Program-made: the position numbers and the translations under genes | Assembly (NCBI GenBank): GCA_963804995.1 | Contig: CAWDSK010000005.1 | Location: 1 to 64,000 of the forward strand | Length of the DNA stretch: 64,000 nucleotides | Origin: an uncultured Acidobacteriota bacterium | Lineage (GTDB): Bacteria > Acidobacteriota > Terriglobia > UBA7540 | Direction: 5' to 3' | The notes under the pieces: model-generated | Told to the model about the DNA's origin: nothing | Database searches by the model: none | The model's input: the letters and a program-made list of their open reading frames with translations, nothing else | Shown: positions 1 to 9,824 of the stretch, one piece after another | How the letters are laid out: every line of letters begins with the position of its first letter | Numbering within the stretch: the first letter of the stretch is position 1

Positions 1-468
1 AGAGAAAAAACCGTCAGATCGATAAATGCGATATCCGGTTTCACAATTGGAACTGTCGATAATAGTCAATTTTGCGAATTGCGATGTATCATAATTCCAT
101 AACACGGAACAACCTGGATTCCTAAAAATAAGTGTCGGGTTGGGGGTCGTTATTTGTATGCTGTTGGATGTGTCTGATACGGAATCTGAATCATATGCAC
201 GGATCTGATAGGAATATGAGACTCCAGGGTTGACGTCCTTTGTATCAATATAGGTAAGTGTTGCCGGAGTCTTTACAGAATCAATGACTCCAAAGCTGGT
301 TGAGTTTGAGTCTTTTCTTAGAATTATAAATCCCTGTGTGGCAGCGTCATTGTTCCGCCAGGATAGGCTTACGCTGTAATCGCTCAGTGCCATCGCGCTT
401 ATCAAATACGGCGCTTGAAGGCCGTAGGACATTGAACATAATCCAAGCACAAACGCCAGTTTCTTCAT
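1..468 (-). CDS. Secreted fibronectin type III domain protein (partial, runs off the window start)
   Basis: Manual translation from ATG at 468 after a GGAGGA RBS: MKKLAFVLGLCSMSYG signal peptide, then LSWRNND...GFIILRK...TYIDT...YSYQIRAY, an FN3-like pattern. No stop before position 1, so absent from the ORF track. Confidence 0.75.
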   Translation of the reverse strand, partial: MKKLAFVLGLCSMSYGLQAPYLISAMALSDYSVSLSWRNNDAATQGFIILRKDSNSTSFGVIDSVKTPATLTYIDTKDVNPGVSYSYQIRAYDSDSVSDTSNSIQITTPNPTLIFRNPGCSVLWNYDTSQFAKLTIIDSSNCETGYRIYRSDGFFS

Positions 469-540
469 GGGTTTTCCTCCTATATTGGGGAAAAGTCCGT
501 TCCACCGCAAGTGCATTCCCCGGCCAACAAAGCGGGGCGC

Positions 541-1641
541 TCAATCAGGGACAGGCTCTCCGCCTTTCCGTATTTTTTCATAATGGCAGACCTTGAGTTC
601 CCCGGTTTTTTCGTCGCGCAGGTGAAGCCCGTTTCCTTTGCACCATTTGTAAACTTTGCACGAGACGCACGGCCCCGTTCTGGTCCACGACCGGTCGCGC
701 ATTATCCGGAAACGGCTGTTCCACACGTCCCAGAAATCGTCCCGGTAGATGTTGCCTTGGATATAATCCGCCCGCAGGCTGGGACAGGCCGAAATCGAGC
801 CGTCCACCAGCACCGACCCCACGGAAATGCCTGCCATGCAGTGGAAATACGTATCACGCGCCGTTCCTTCGTAGCTGCCGAGAAACCCCTCGCACCCATA
901 ATTCGGCCTGATCGCGCCCTGTTTTTTTGTTGCAACGATAAAGTCCATGAGTTCGACAAACTGCCTGTCCGAAATCTGAAGGTCAGCGTTTCCCACGGCC
1001 CGTCCTTTGGGAAACACGGTAAAGAGGCGCCACCTTTTGACGCCCGAATCCACCAGGAGCTTTCTGATCTGCGGCAGGTCCCCAAAATTCCTGTGGGTGA
1101 TGCATGTGGCAACATCAAAGATGACGCCCTCTGTTTTTGCCGCGATCCCTATGGCCTTTACTGCGGCCTCAAAGGAACCTGCCTGGCCGCGAAACCAGTC
1201 ATGCGAAAGCCTCATGCCGTCGAGGCTGATGGTGAGGCTGCGAAGCCCGGCGTCAAGCAGTTTTTCGTACCTGTTGGCCGTCAGGCTATATCCGTTGGTG
1301 ACAAAACCCCAAGGGAAACCGCGATTATAAAGTTCATGGCCGCATTTTTCTAGGTCGCTGCGCATGAGCGGCTCGCCGCCCGTGATGGCAATGGTGGTTT
1401 TGCGCGGCTCAACGCGGTCCTTGATGGAATCAACGACCCTGAGAAAATCGGAAAGCGGCATGTCCTTATGAAACGCGTCGCGCAGGCAGTCGCTGCCGCA
1501 ATGGACGCAGGACAGGTTGCAGCGGAGCGTGCATTCCCAAAACAAGTACCGCAAATCGTGGAGGCGCGTGTCAACGCCATTTTTGACGCGGTACAGGTGA
1601 AGCGCCACGCGCTTGCGAAATGAAATCCCCGCGTTTTTCAT
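541..1641 (-). CDS. Radical SAM/SPASM domain protein, resembling the TIGR04133 rSAM/lipoprotein-system family
   Basis: CTLRCNLSCVHC (CX3CX2C), GGEP, and C-terminal SPASM cysteines (CMAG...CPS...CVSCKVYKWCKGNGLH). N-terminal RKRVALHLY...LFWECTLRCN resembles that family. Confidence 0.88.
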   Translation of the reverse strand: MKNAGISFRKRVALHLYRVKNGVDTRLHDLRYLFWECTLRCNLSCVHCGSDCLRDAFHKDMPLSDFLRVVDSIKDRVEPRKTTIAITGGEPLMRSDLEKCGHELYNRGFPWGFVTNGYSLTANRYEKLLDAGLRSLTISLDGMRLSHDWFRGQAGSFEAAVKAIGIAAKTEGVIFDVATCITHRNFGDLPQIRKLLVDSGVKRWRLFTVFPKGRAVGNADLQISDRQFVELMDFIVATKKQGAIRPNYGCEGFLGSYEGTARDTYFHCMAGISVGSVLVDGSISACPSLRADYIQGNIYRDDFWDVWNSRFRIMRDRSWTRTGPCVSCKVYKWCKGNGLHLRDEKTGELKVCHYEKIRKGGEPVPD

Positions 1642-2428
1642 CGCCGACTGATAAGCTTGGTTACGGAGACGAACGCGCCGGCGTGCAGTTTGAGAAAATA
1701 GACGCCTTCAGCAAGCGATGCGGTCTCCACCAATGCCGAATGTTCGCCCGCGGATTCGTTTCTATCGAACAGGGAGCGCACCAGCTTGCCGTTCGCGTCG
1801 TACAGGGCCATGCTCGTTTGCCCTGGACCGGGAGCGCGTAGCGTGTTTGAATTGTCCCGTTGGCCCCATGCCAAGCCCGCATTGCCAGGCGCGCCTGGGA
1901 AACGCCGGATCCCGAGGATTGGTCGCAGTGGCGATCTTCTTCAAATACAGTTCGATATTTACCGTGTCGCCCGAAGGAATGGAAATCAGCGTGTCTTTAT
2001 TCATGAACAAGGTATCCCGCGCTTCAAGGAGCCAGGTAGTGAGTCCCGGCATCTGGTAAAATGTCATGGAGAACGAGCCGTCGGTTGCCGTGAAGGCGGA
2101 ATCAACGAACTGTTTGCTCGCCGTATCCTGCAGAATGACTTTTGCCTTTTCGACGGGTGTACTGTCGGCCAGTGATTTGATTATTCCTTTAACGGGAATT
2201 GCGTAGGGGGCGGGCCATACAAAACAATACCATACAGCGGGACTGATTGAGTCAATGACAGCCTTGACGTCGCTGATTTTTGTCGCGGTGGTCTTACCTA
2301 CGCCGGTTGCCTGAATGACTGGCCGGTGGCATACACAAAAAAGGTAAAAGGAAGGTGATTACCGCGCCAACAAGCCTGAGCATCAATCTCGACATCCGGC
2401 CGGGAAGCCTGATGATTTTTTTTGCCAT
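1638..2428 (-). pseudogene. Frameshifted secreted protein with a PLYGIVLYGPPP motif, a beta-sandwich domain and a C-terminal FlgD/T9SS-sorting-like domain; probable rSAM partner
   Basis: ATG 2428 after GGAGGGG. Stitched pieces in different frames: MAKKIIRL...hydrophobic; PLYGIVLYGPPP (2205-2240); VKGIIKSLADSTPVEKAKVIL; LYDANGKLVRSL...LAEGVYFLKL. Stop overlaps the rSAM start (ATGA). Confidence 0.65.
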
Positions 2429-2685
2429 ACTACCCCTCCATTTGGCTGGGGAAGCGCTCAAAATTCGTTTTAATATGAGTATCTTCTTACATAATATAAT
2501 CGCGGAAAACGGCAAACGTTCATTCTTTTTTTGCTAATTTTATCGTGGTTTTGCACTAGTCATAGTACAGAAGATAAGACTCAAATTCCTCAAGGCTTGG
2601 GTATCAGCAGGACAGCCCCGCCTATTTCAATATGCCCAGGATCGGAACCTATATAGGCTTGATTTAGTTTACGCCCACAGCTTCT

Positions 2686-3072
2686 CTACAATCTCGTCCT
2701 GATATCCTCTTTCACCTTCCCCTTGCCATCCACGCACGCGGCTTTAATATCCCCGCTTACGCAGAGCACACCGCGTTGGTTGGCGATCTTGTAGCGAAAG
2801 GTAAGAGTGACCGGGGTGTGGCCGACAATGGCGGTGGTTACGTCGAGCACGTCATTGTAACGGGCCGGGAAGTGGTACCGGATATGGGCCTCGGCCACAA
2901 CAAACAACGTGTCTTGTTTGTGAAGATCGGCAAGATCGAACCCTAGTTCCCGCAGCACTTCGGTCCTGCCGCGTTCCATGTACTTGAGGTAATTGGCGTA
3001 GTAGACCACATTGCCGCAATCGGTGTCCTCGTAGTATATCCTTATTTGTAAATGATTGGCGTGCGGTTTCAT
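2686..3072 (-). CDS. ybgC: YbgC/FadM family acyl-CoA thioesterase
   Basis: RIYYEDTDCGNVVYYANYLKYMERGRTE hotdog-fold signature. Confidence 0.85.
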   Translation of the reverse strand: MKPHANHLQIRIYYEDTDCGNVVYYANYLKYMERGRTEVLRELGFDLADLHKQDTLFVVAEAHIRYHFPARYNDVLDVTTAIVGHTPVTLTFRYKIANQRGVLCVSGDIKAACVDGKGKVKEDIRTRL

Positions 3073-3081
3073 GTCATTTCG

Positions 3082-3570
3082 CTAGGGCTGGGGTGGAGCG
3101 GCGTCCAAAGGGATCTGTCGGTCGAGCTTGTATTCGCGTATCTTGCGCCACAGCGTGGATCGGGATATCCCGAGTTTCCTTGCGGTTTCGGAATAGTTAT
3201 AGTGCAGTGCATCGAGTGTCCGCAGGATGTGGTTCGCTCTATGGTCTCGAGCGACTCGATATCCTCGCGTTCCGGACGAAGGGGCTTGCCGGCCGATAAG
3301 GATTTTTCCTGCCCTCGATCAACAGCCTGTTCTTTAAGCATGATTTCGGGCAGGTCTTTTTCCGTTATTTCCCCGCTTTCGGCGAGCACCACGGCATGTT
3401 CGATGATGTTCTCCAATTCGCGCACATTTCCGGGATAGTCGTAATTGGCAAGAATCGCCTCGGCAACGGACAATATTCTGGAAATGTTTTTATCGAGCAG
3501 CTCGTTGTCCTTATGGATAAACAGCTTGATAAGGTTGGGAATGGTCTCCTTGCGCTCGCGAAGTGGCGGC
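3082..3570 (-). pseudogene. C-terminal part of a sigma-54-dependent (NtrC/Fis-type) activator, 5'-truncated and frameshifted
   Basis: PPLRERKE and YDYPGNVRELENIIE AAA motifs; the Fis HTH (NYSETARKLGISRSTLWRKI) is in another frame after ~3235. Homology stops abruptly at ~3570. Confidence 0.75.
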
Positions 3571-3587
3571 CACAGATATTGGTACTT

Positions 3588-3637
3588 GTAGCGCCGACCT
3601 TGAGGTCGGCATATGTCCCGACAAGTCGGGACGCTAC
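3588..3637. repeat. Inverted pair of GTAG-footed REP-like hairpins
   Basis: GTAGCGCCGACCTTGAGGTCGGC followed by GTCCCGACAAGTCGGGACGCTAC. Confidence 0.65.
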
Positions 3638-3689
3638 GACGGCAGCCCTGACAATCATGCGCACCGCGATTTGACACGCACTACACTAG

Positions 3690-3911
3690 TGTCGTGTCTC
3701 AGGAGTTCGCTGACAAAGTCTCACTGGGTTCAAAGGCGACCCCCTCCCCCCCGGCCCCTCTGTCGCCGCGGCGACCGAGGGGAGAGTTAATCTGAATTTG
3801 TCGCCCTCGCCCCTTTGGGGGAGAGGGTGGACCGCCACCGGCGTTTTCATCAGCCGGGGCGGGACGGGCCAGGGGGTTCTCTAATAATCAGCGAACTTCT
3901 GAGACACGACA
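3690..3911. mobile_element. MITE-like element: 24-bp terminal inverted repeats flanked by CTAG on both sides
   Basis: TGTCGTGTCTCAGGAGTTCGCTGA (3690-3713) versus TCAGCGAACTTCTGAGACACGACA (3888-3911), one mismatch. CTAG at 3686-3689 and 3912-3915. Confidence 0.75.
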
Positions 3912-3957
3912 CTAGGCATTCGTAAAGACGCGGAAAACAGCAGAACGGCCGGAATCC

Positions 3958-4784
3958 ATGACTGAAACCGCAGTCTGAAATCCTGTTCTTACTCCCTGGT
4001 GCGCTACGTCCCCAACACCGAGCGCGGGGAATTCCTCAACATCGGGTTATTCCTGCACAGTGCCGAAGACCAGTTCCTCAACTGCCTTTTTACGGACGAC
4101 TTCCGCCGCGTCAAGCGCTTCCACCCGCAAGCGGATCTGCGCTTTCTGCGGGAACTTCAAAGCCACTTCGAGCAGCAAATCCAAGAGCACGAAAACGACC
4201 TCGCGGGATATCTCCGGGAGATGCAGGAGTCCTTCTCGAATCTCATCCAGATCACGCCGCCCCACCCGTTGCTCGCCGCCGAGCCCCAGGCGCAAATCCA
4301 ACAACTGTTCGAAAGATTTGTGGGCAAACGCCTGGCGGAATTCCCCGCCGCCGACACACGCATGCGCATCAAGCAGCAGCTCGCCGGCGCCCTACGCCAC
4401 GCCATGGTGTTTAACCACCCGCTCTTCAAGAAGCGCATCCCCGCCGAGCGTTGGACTGAAAAAGGCGATCCCTTCCATTTCGACTTCGGTTACCGGCCAA
4501 CCCGGAAACCCAACGGGCACGTCAAGCTGATCCACGCCCTCTCCTTGCACCGCGACACTGAAATCGCCCACGTCCTCGCGAATACCCTGCGCTATATTCG
4601 TCAAAAAGAACCCGCAGACCTAACCGCCATCGTAGAAGGCAGGCCTGCCAGAGGAGATAAAGTCGCTGCCCATTCCTATCGTCTGCTGATGGATGCTGAA
4701 GCCACCCTGCGCCCCCTCTCCGAGGTCGACGATTTTGCCATGTCCGTCAGCAAGGAACTCCTGCTAAGCGAATCCGCGCCCTGA
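3958..4784 (+). CDS. DUF3037 domain protein (likely true start ATG 3958 with a 1-nt indel; in-frame GTG at 3999)
   Basis: YSLVRYVPNTERGEFLNIGLFL is the DUF3037 N-terminal signature. Confidence 0.75.
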
Positions 4785-4852
4785 CCTACGCCTTGTAGCC
4801 GACAGGAAGCTTCCATAATTCCTTGATTCATCAGCCCAAAGGGAAAATTCGT

Positions 4853-5149
4853 AGCCCTCTCCGAGGGGAGAGGGTGGCGCGCTGCCGGCGTACTCACCAG
4901 CCGGGGCGGGACGGGTGAGAGGTTACGCATCTCCCACCACCAAATCCTCGCCTAAGGCGTATTTGGACAGCCCGCTCCGAAAAGCCCCAAAGGGGCGAGC
5001 TTCCACAGCCCAGGCCGAAGGTCCGCCGATCTTAATGGTGGACCAACGGCCCATACGCGTTAAGCTAGCCCTCTCCGAGGGGAGAGGGTGGACCGCCGCC
5101 GGCGTTTTCACCAGCCGGGGCGGGACGGGTGAGGGGTTACGCATCTCCC
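4853..5149 (+). repeat. Two direct copies (~83 bp) of the CCCTCTCC...GGAGAGGG...GGGACGGGTGAG palindromic repeat; related copies at ~3804, 25127, 27514, 33873 and 50904
   Basis: Direct comparison of 4853-4935 with 5067-5149 and the other listed loci. Confidence 0.8.
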
Positions 5150-5287
5150 GCCTCCAATCCCTTTGGTTCATCGATAGCGATTATGGCAGGGGTTGTCCCG
5201 CCCCTTCCGGGCTTGAGGCTGTGATCCTTCCTCGATTCCCCGCAACGGGATGCCCCAGCCGCGAAGGTTGTGGTATGCTCTGCGGAA

Positions 5288-6913
5288 ATGGACGGGAAGA
5301 ATAAGCTCTACTTTGGCGATAACCTGAAAATCCTTCGCGACCACGTCGCGGACTCAAGTGTTGACCTGATTTACCTTGACCCTCCCTTCAACTCCAACGC
5401 CAACTACAACGTGCTCTTCAAAGAAAAGAGCGGCGAGGAATCCGCCGCGCAGATCACCGCTTTTGAGGACACCTGGCAGTGGGGTTTAGAGCCGGAGGCC
5501 ATTTATAAGGAAATCGTCACCAGCGGTCCTCGCAAGCTCGCCGACTTAATGCAGGCGCTGCTCGCCTTCCTAGGCCGCAACGACATGATGGCCTACCTCG
5601 TGATGATGGCGATTCGGCTCGTCGAGCTTCACCGCGTCCTCAAACCCACTGGCAGTATTTATTTACACTGCGACCAGAAAGCCAGCCATTATCTTAGGTT
5701 GTTGATGGACGCAACGTTTGGGCCCGAAAACCTTCGAACCGAGATCGTTTGGAAGAGAAAGGCTGGCCGCGGGGAAACCAACGTTGCTGCGATCCGATTC
5801 GGGGTAACAACGGATACACTCCTCTTCTATGCTCGTAGTCCCGACGCAAGATTGCAACGGCAGTACCGCAAGAATAAAGCCGAGTACCTCGAATCAAAAT
5901 TCACTCACGTGGATTCCAATGGTCGGTGCTACCGCCTGGACAACATAACCAGCCCGTCGTACCGGCCTAATCTTATTTACGAGTACAAAGGGTATAAGCC
6001 GCCTGCCAAGGGCTGGGCGGTGTCTCGCGAACGCATGGAGCAGATGGATGCAGAAGGACGGCTGTACCTTCCCAAACAAAAGACGAAGCGCATCCAGCGC
6101 AAGAGGTTTTTGGACGAATTAGAGGGTGAGACCGTGGATAGCTTGTGGGATGACATCCCACCAATTAACTCCCAAGCGCAAGAGCGTCTTGGCTACCCCA
6201 CCCAGAAACCCGAAGCGCTCCTCGAAAGGATCATCAAAGCCAGCAGCAATGAAAGTGACGTGGTTCTCGACCCGTTCTGCGGTTGCGGAACAGCCGTTGC
6301 TGTCGCCGAGAGACTCAAGCGCCGGTGGATTGGCATTGACATCACATATTTGGCAATCAATCTCGTCCAGCGACGGTTAAGAGATCACCATCCCACCGAT
6401 CTAAGCCCTTATGAAATCATTGGTGCACCAACAGATCTCGCGAGCGCCGAGGCGTTAAAAGAAATCAGCCCACACCAGTTCGAGTGGTGGGCGGTGGACC
6501 TAGTTAATGCGCGGCCCGCCAAGGACCACAAGAAGGGTGCGGACACCGGCATCGACGGCTACATCAACTTTTTCGACAACAAGAGCGGCCAGGCCAAGCA
6601 GGTAATCGTGCAGGTGAAGAGCGGCTACATTGGCGTAAACCATGTCCGCGACCTGAAAGGGGTACTCGACCGGGAGAAGGCCCCCATTGGTGTACTCATT
6701 ACTTTGCGCGAACCCACCAAACCCATGCTCACGGAAGCCGCCGCCACCGGCTTCTACGAGTCAAAAGACTTTCCGGGCCGCTATCCCCGCCTGCAAATCC
6801 TCACCATCGCCGAATTGCTGGCGGGAAAGAAACTCGAATACCCCGCCCACCGCGTCGAAACCTTCGCCAAAGCGGAGCGCAAAACCAAGCACGAGCAGGA
6901 AGACTTGTTCTGA
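5288..6913 (+). CDS. N6-adenine/N4-cytosine DNA methyltransferase (beta order) with a C-terminal Mrr-like nuclease domain
   Basis: DLIYLDPPFNS, YPTQKPEALLERII and VLDPFCGCGT motifs; C-terminal FEWWA...GADTGIDG...IVQVKSG, a PD-(D/E)xK-like Mrr pattern. Confidence 0.9.
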   Translation: MDGKNKLYFGDNLKILRDHVADSSVDLIYLDPPFNSNANYNVLFKEKSGEESAAQITAFEDTWQWGLEPEAIYKEIVTSGPRKLADLMQALLAFLGRNDMMAYLVMMAIRLVELHRVLKPTGSIYLHCDQKASHYLRLLMDATFGPENLRTEIVWKRKAGRGETNVAAIRFGVTTDTLLFYARSPDARLQRQYRKNKAEYLESKFTHVDSNGRCYRLDNITSPSYRPNLIYEYKGYKPPAKGWAVSRERMEQMDAEGRLYLPKQKTKRIQRKRFLDELEGETVDSLWDDIPPINSQAQERLGYPTQKPEALLERIIKASSNESDVVLDPFCGCGTAVAVAERLKRRWIGIDITYLAINLVQRRLRDHHPTDLSPYEIIGAPTDLASAEALKEISPHQFEWWAVDLVNARPAKDHKKGADTGIDGYINFFDNKSGQAKQVIVQVKSGYIGVNHVRDLKGVLDREKAPIGVLITLREPTKPMLTEAAATGFYESKDFPGRYPRLQILTIAELLAGKKLEYPAHRVETFAKAERKTKHEQEDLF

Positions 6914-7032
6914 CATCAACAGTGGCGCAGAATGGGGTATATGGGACTGTCTCGATACGGGAACCAGTGTCGCAATGTAGTTGCGTACACCCCGAGGACA
7001 ATACGTTCGGATCCCCCGAAAGCGGAGATTCT

Positions 7033-7395
7033 ATGAAGCGAGACCTAGATCTTATTCGGAAGATGATTCTTGAAATCGAAGACGCCCCATCCGGGTGGGC
7101 GCCTGACCTGGCGATTGAGGGCTACGCACCAGAACAAGTCAGTTATCACGCGTATCTGATTGTTGACGCAGGTCTGGCGCAAGGTAAAGACGTGACGACG
7201 ATGGGCAGCCACGGCCCAGAGGCCCTGATTACAAGCCTTACTTGGGCCGGCCATGAATTTGCCGAAGCCGCACGCGAGGAGACTCGGTGGAAGAAGGCGA
7301 TGGGTATCGTGAAGGAGAAGGGCGGGACAATCACTCTCGATGTCCTAACACAACTCCTAGGCGGTCTCATGAGGGGAGCGTTCGGGCTCCAATAA
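7033..7395 (+). CDS. DUF2513 domain protein
   Basis: MKRDLDLIRKMILEIE...YHAYLIVDAGL...LTWAGHEF signature; GGAG RBS. Confidence 0.85.
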   Translation: MKRDLDLIRKMILEIEDAPSGWAPDLAIEGYAPEQVSYHAYLIVDAGLAQGKDVTTMGSHGPEALITSLTWAGHEFAEAAREETRWKKAMGIVKEKGGTITLDVLTQLLGGLMRGAFGLQ

Positions 7396-7530
7396 GGAGC
7401 GGGTTAACAGAGCAATGGAGCAAATGGTCGCCCCGGGATCGCGCCGACACTGTCTGTAGGGGTGCGCGATTTGCCAAAGGGTTTTGTGAGAGCTGGCGGT
7501 GCATCTCAGTCGGCTCCGCTGCAGGGTGGA

Positions 7531-8940
7531 ATGAGAGAGCCAGATTTAGACGCAAAATTTAGCGTTGATGGGGTGTGGTGGCTGCCTGAAAGGCCATCGG
7601 TCAAGCTGCCAGGCACGCTCTTTGTGGAGTGTGGTCGTGAGAATCGCCTAAAGTTATTCGGAGTGCTGGGCGATCCAAGCTCGGACTTTTCGAGGGGGCT
7701 CTCCAGATTTCCGATCATTCTCGGCACGTCTGACAGGGAAGAGCCATGCACATTGTCCAACACTTATGAGTTGAGACGTTCTACGGAACCGGAGCGCCAA
7801 ACAGTTGCAGCAACGGAGTTGGGTGCCCAGCGGGTTTACATCGGCAAACAGTTTCCGGCTTCGAGCGAGATACGGTTTACCTCCATGGAGGTGAGGTACA
7901 CTGACCTTGAGTGGTGGCTCGGATTGAGGCCCTTCGAGAAATATCTCCCGGCGAACGGCATCGAGTGGAAAGTCGAAGAGCCCAATCTGTGTCGAAGCAT
8001 AGTGGATTTCGTCGATTCAGTCCGATCAGCTACGCTCTCGATATGGTCGCGAGTATCTGAGATCATTTCCTTCACTAAATTTGGGGCCGAGCATAAGGTA
8101 TACCTACGCATCACCCCTTCGGCCCCGAGCACTTTTGAGTGGTTCTCAGAATACTTGTTCGACGTTAGGAACCTTTTCACACTATTTATTGGGTCACCGA
8201 TCTACGTTGAGGCGATGACAGGGTTTGGCGACGAGGTAGAGTACGCCCCTGGCGCCAAGTATCCGGAGGAAATAAGCGTGTACTTCAACACAATGCCGTG
8301 GCCCAAAAGACATCACGTCTACCCGATCGATATGCCTGTGACATTTCAATCGATCCGGGAGCGGACGGGCGAAGTGTTTCACGCTTGGTTTTCAAACGCG
8401 GAAAGGCTCCGGCTAGTCTGCGAGCTCTTCTTCGGTGCTCAGTACAACCCCCAGATGTACGCCGAGTCAAAATTCCTGAATTTCACGCAGGCGCTTGAAG
8501 TCTTTCACCGCGTAACACAAGATCGGAGCTATGTCCCCAGAGAGGAGTATGAGAGATACCGGCAAGCTCTTGAATGCGCAATTCCCGCAAAGGTTCCCGA
8601 GCTGTTGAAAAACAAGCTGAAAACAATGTTGAAGTACGGGAATCAGTACACGCTCCGAGATGCGCTTCGAACTCTAATGGACTCGCTGGAGGCACAGTCC
8701 AAGCAGAGGATATCCAGCAATCCCAAAGCCTTCGTTAACAAGGTGGCCGACATGAGAAATTACCTGACACATGGTGACGAGGGGCTGAAGGAGAAGGTGC
8801 TCAGTGACTCTTCCCCGGAAAGGCTAGAGGAATATATCCACATTTACCGAAGGCTGCGAGCAATCCTCACCCTTCTCCTACTTAAGTTCATTGGTATACC
8901 TGAAGCTCAGGTAGCCTCCCGTGTACTTCGCGGCTTGTAA
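7531..8940 (+). CDS. ApeA-like protein (ApeA N-terminal domain plus HEPN RNase)
   Basis: N-terminal GVWWLP...PGTL; C-terminal FLNFTQALEVFHR and RNYLTH (Rx4H HEPN motif). Confidence 0.8.
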   Translation: MREPDLDAKFSVDGVWWLPERPSVKLPGTLFVECGRENRLKLFGVLGDPSSDFSRGLSRFPIILGTSDREEPCTLSNTYELRRSTEPERQTVAATELGAQRVYIGKQFPASSEIRFTSMEVRYTDLEWWLGLRPFEKYLPANGIEWKVEEPNLCRSIVDFVDSVRSATLSIWSRVSEIISFTKFGAEHKVYLRITPSAPSTFEWFSEYLFDVRNLFTLFIGSPIYVEAMTGFGDEVEYAPGAKYPEEISVYFNTMPWPKRHHVYPIDMPVTFQSIRERTGEVFHAWFSNAERLRLVCELFFGAQYNPQMYAESKFLNFTQALEVFHRVTQDRSYVPREEYERYRQALECAIPAKVPELLKNKLKTMLKYGNQYTLRDALRTLMDSLEAQSKQRISSNPKAFVNKVADMRNYLTHGDEGLKEKVLSDSSPERLEEYIHIYRRLRAILTLLLLKFIGIPEAQVASRVLRGL

Positions 8941-9030
8941 CGAGGGGTGGCCACCGCGGGCTGGCGCAGACGGTCGCTTTTTAGCTTCTGCGCCAGATGG
9001 AGGTGAATCGGAAAATGGACGGCCTGCTGC

Positions 9031-9720
9031 TTATTGTCGCACTGGCAAGAATTTGTCGATGTACCCAGCCCCAAGCATTTTTTCGTAAGCCGCATGTCCC
9101 TCGGGAGTCTCCAGCAGCGGACGGGTAGTTTCTAGCCAGTCCTCGAAAAACAAGTAAGACCCAACGTAGTTGCAGATAAGCGGGCCCGGTTTTTGTTCGA
9201 GGCGAGAGACGCGGTACGGTTGCGAGCCGTCAAAGGCCCGGTACTTGATTGCAAGACTGCGAATGATCTGTGCTCGTGCCAACAAGTCATTAGGGGTTTT
9301 CCCAACGCTCGGACGCCCTCTCTTTGACTTCCCAAGCTTCCACTTCCAATCCAAGGCCTCGGCAACCTTGAGGCATGCGACCTTGTTTTGGAATCCTTTC
9401 AGTTCCAGCACCCTCACGCCAACATAGACTCGCTCGCTAAGGTCTGAACCACGGATAAACTTGAGCACCCCTGCGCGGCTCACATGCCGCCCTCGCATGG
9501 GGGCTTTCTGATGTTTGTCTGAGGAGATGGGGCGAGTCGCTACGTTTCCGGGGTTGAGTAGCCATTTAAGAAAGCGATCTACATCAATGTTAACCCCCTC
9601 AATATCGGCGGCTCTAACGCGCCTCGCCAAATGGAATTCGTACCACGCGCGGATTCTCTCCCTGGCACCCGAAACTGTTGTCCAGGAAGGAATTAGTAGC
9701 GGATTGCGCCTAATATACAC
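9031..9720 (-). CDS. Hypothetical basic protein
   Basis: 229-aa ORF with no recognised motif; start uncertain. Confidence 0.45.
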   Translation of the reverse strand: MYIRRNPLLIPSWTTVSGARERIRAWYEFHLARRVRAADIEGVNIDVDRFLKWLLNPGNVATRPISSDKHQKAPMRGRHVSRAGVLKFIRGSDLSERVYVGVRVLELKGFQNKVACLKVAEALDWKWKLGKSKRGRPSVGKTPNDLLARAQIIRSLAIKYRAFDGSQPYRVSRLEQKPGPLICNYVGSYLFFEDWLETTRPLLETPEGHAAYEKMLGAGYIDKFLPVRQ

Positions 9721-9824
9721 GCGGGACCTCGACAGCCTGATATTAAGTATGGCCTAATGACCGAAGGGGGTCAAGCTTGCCGAACGACGACTCCGAGTAA
9801 ATAGGGACCAGAGGAGCAAATGCG

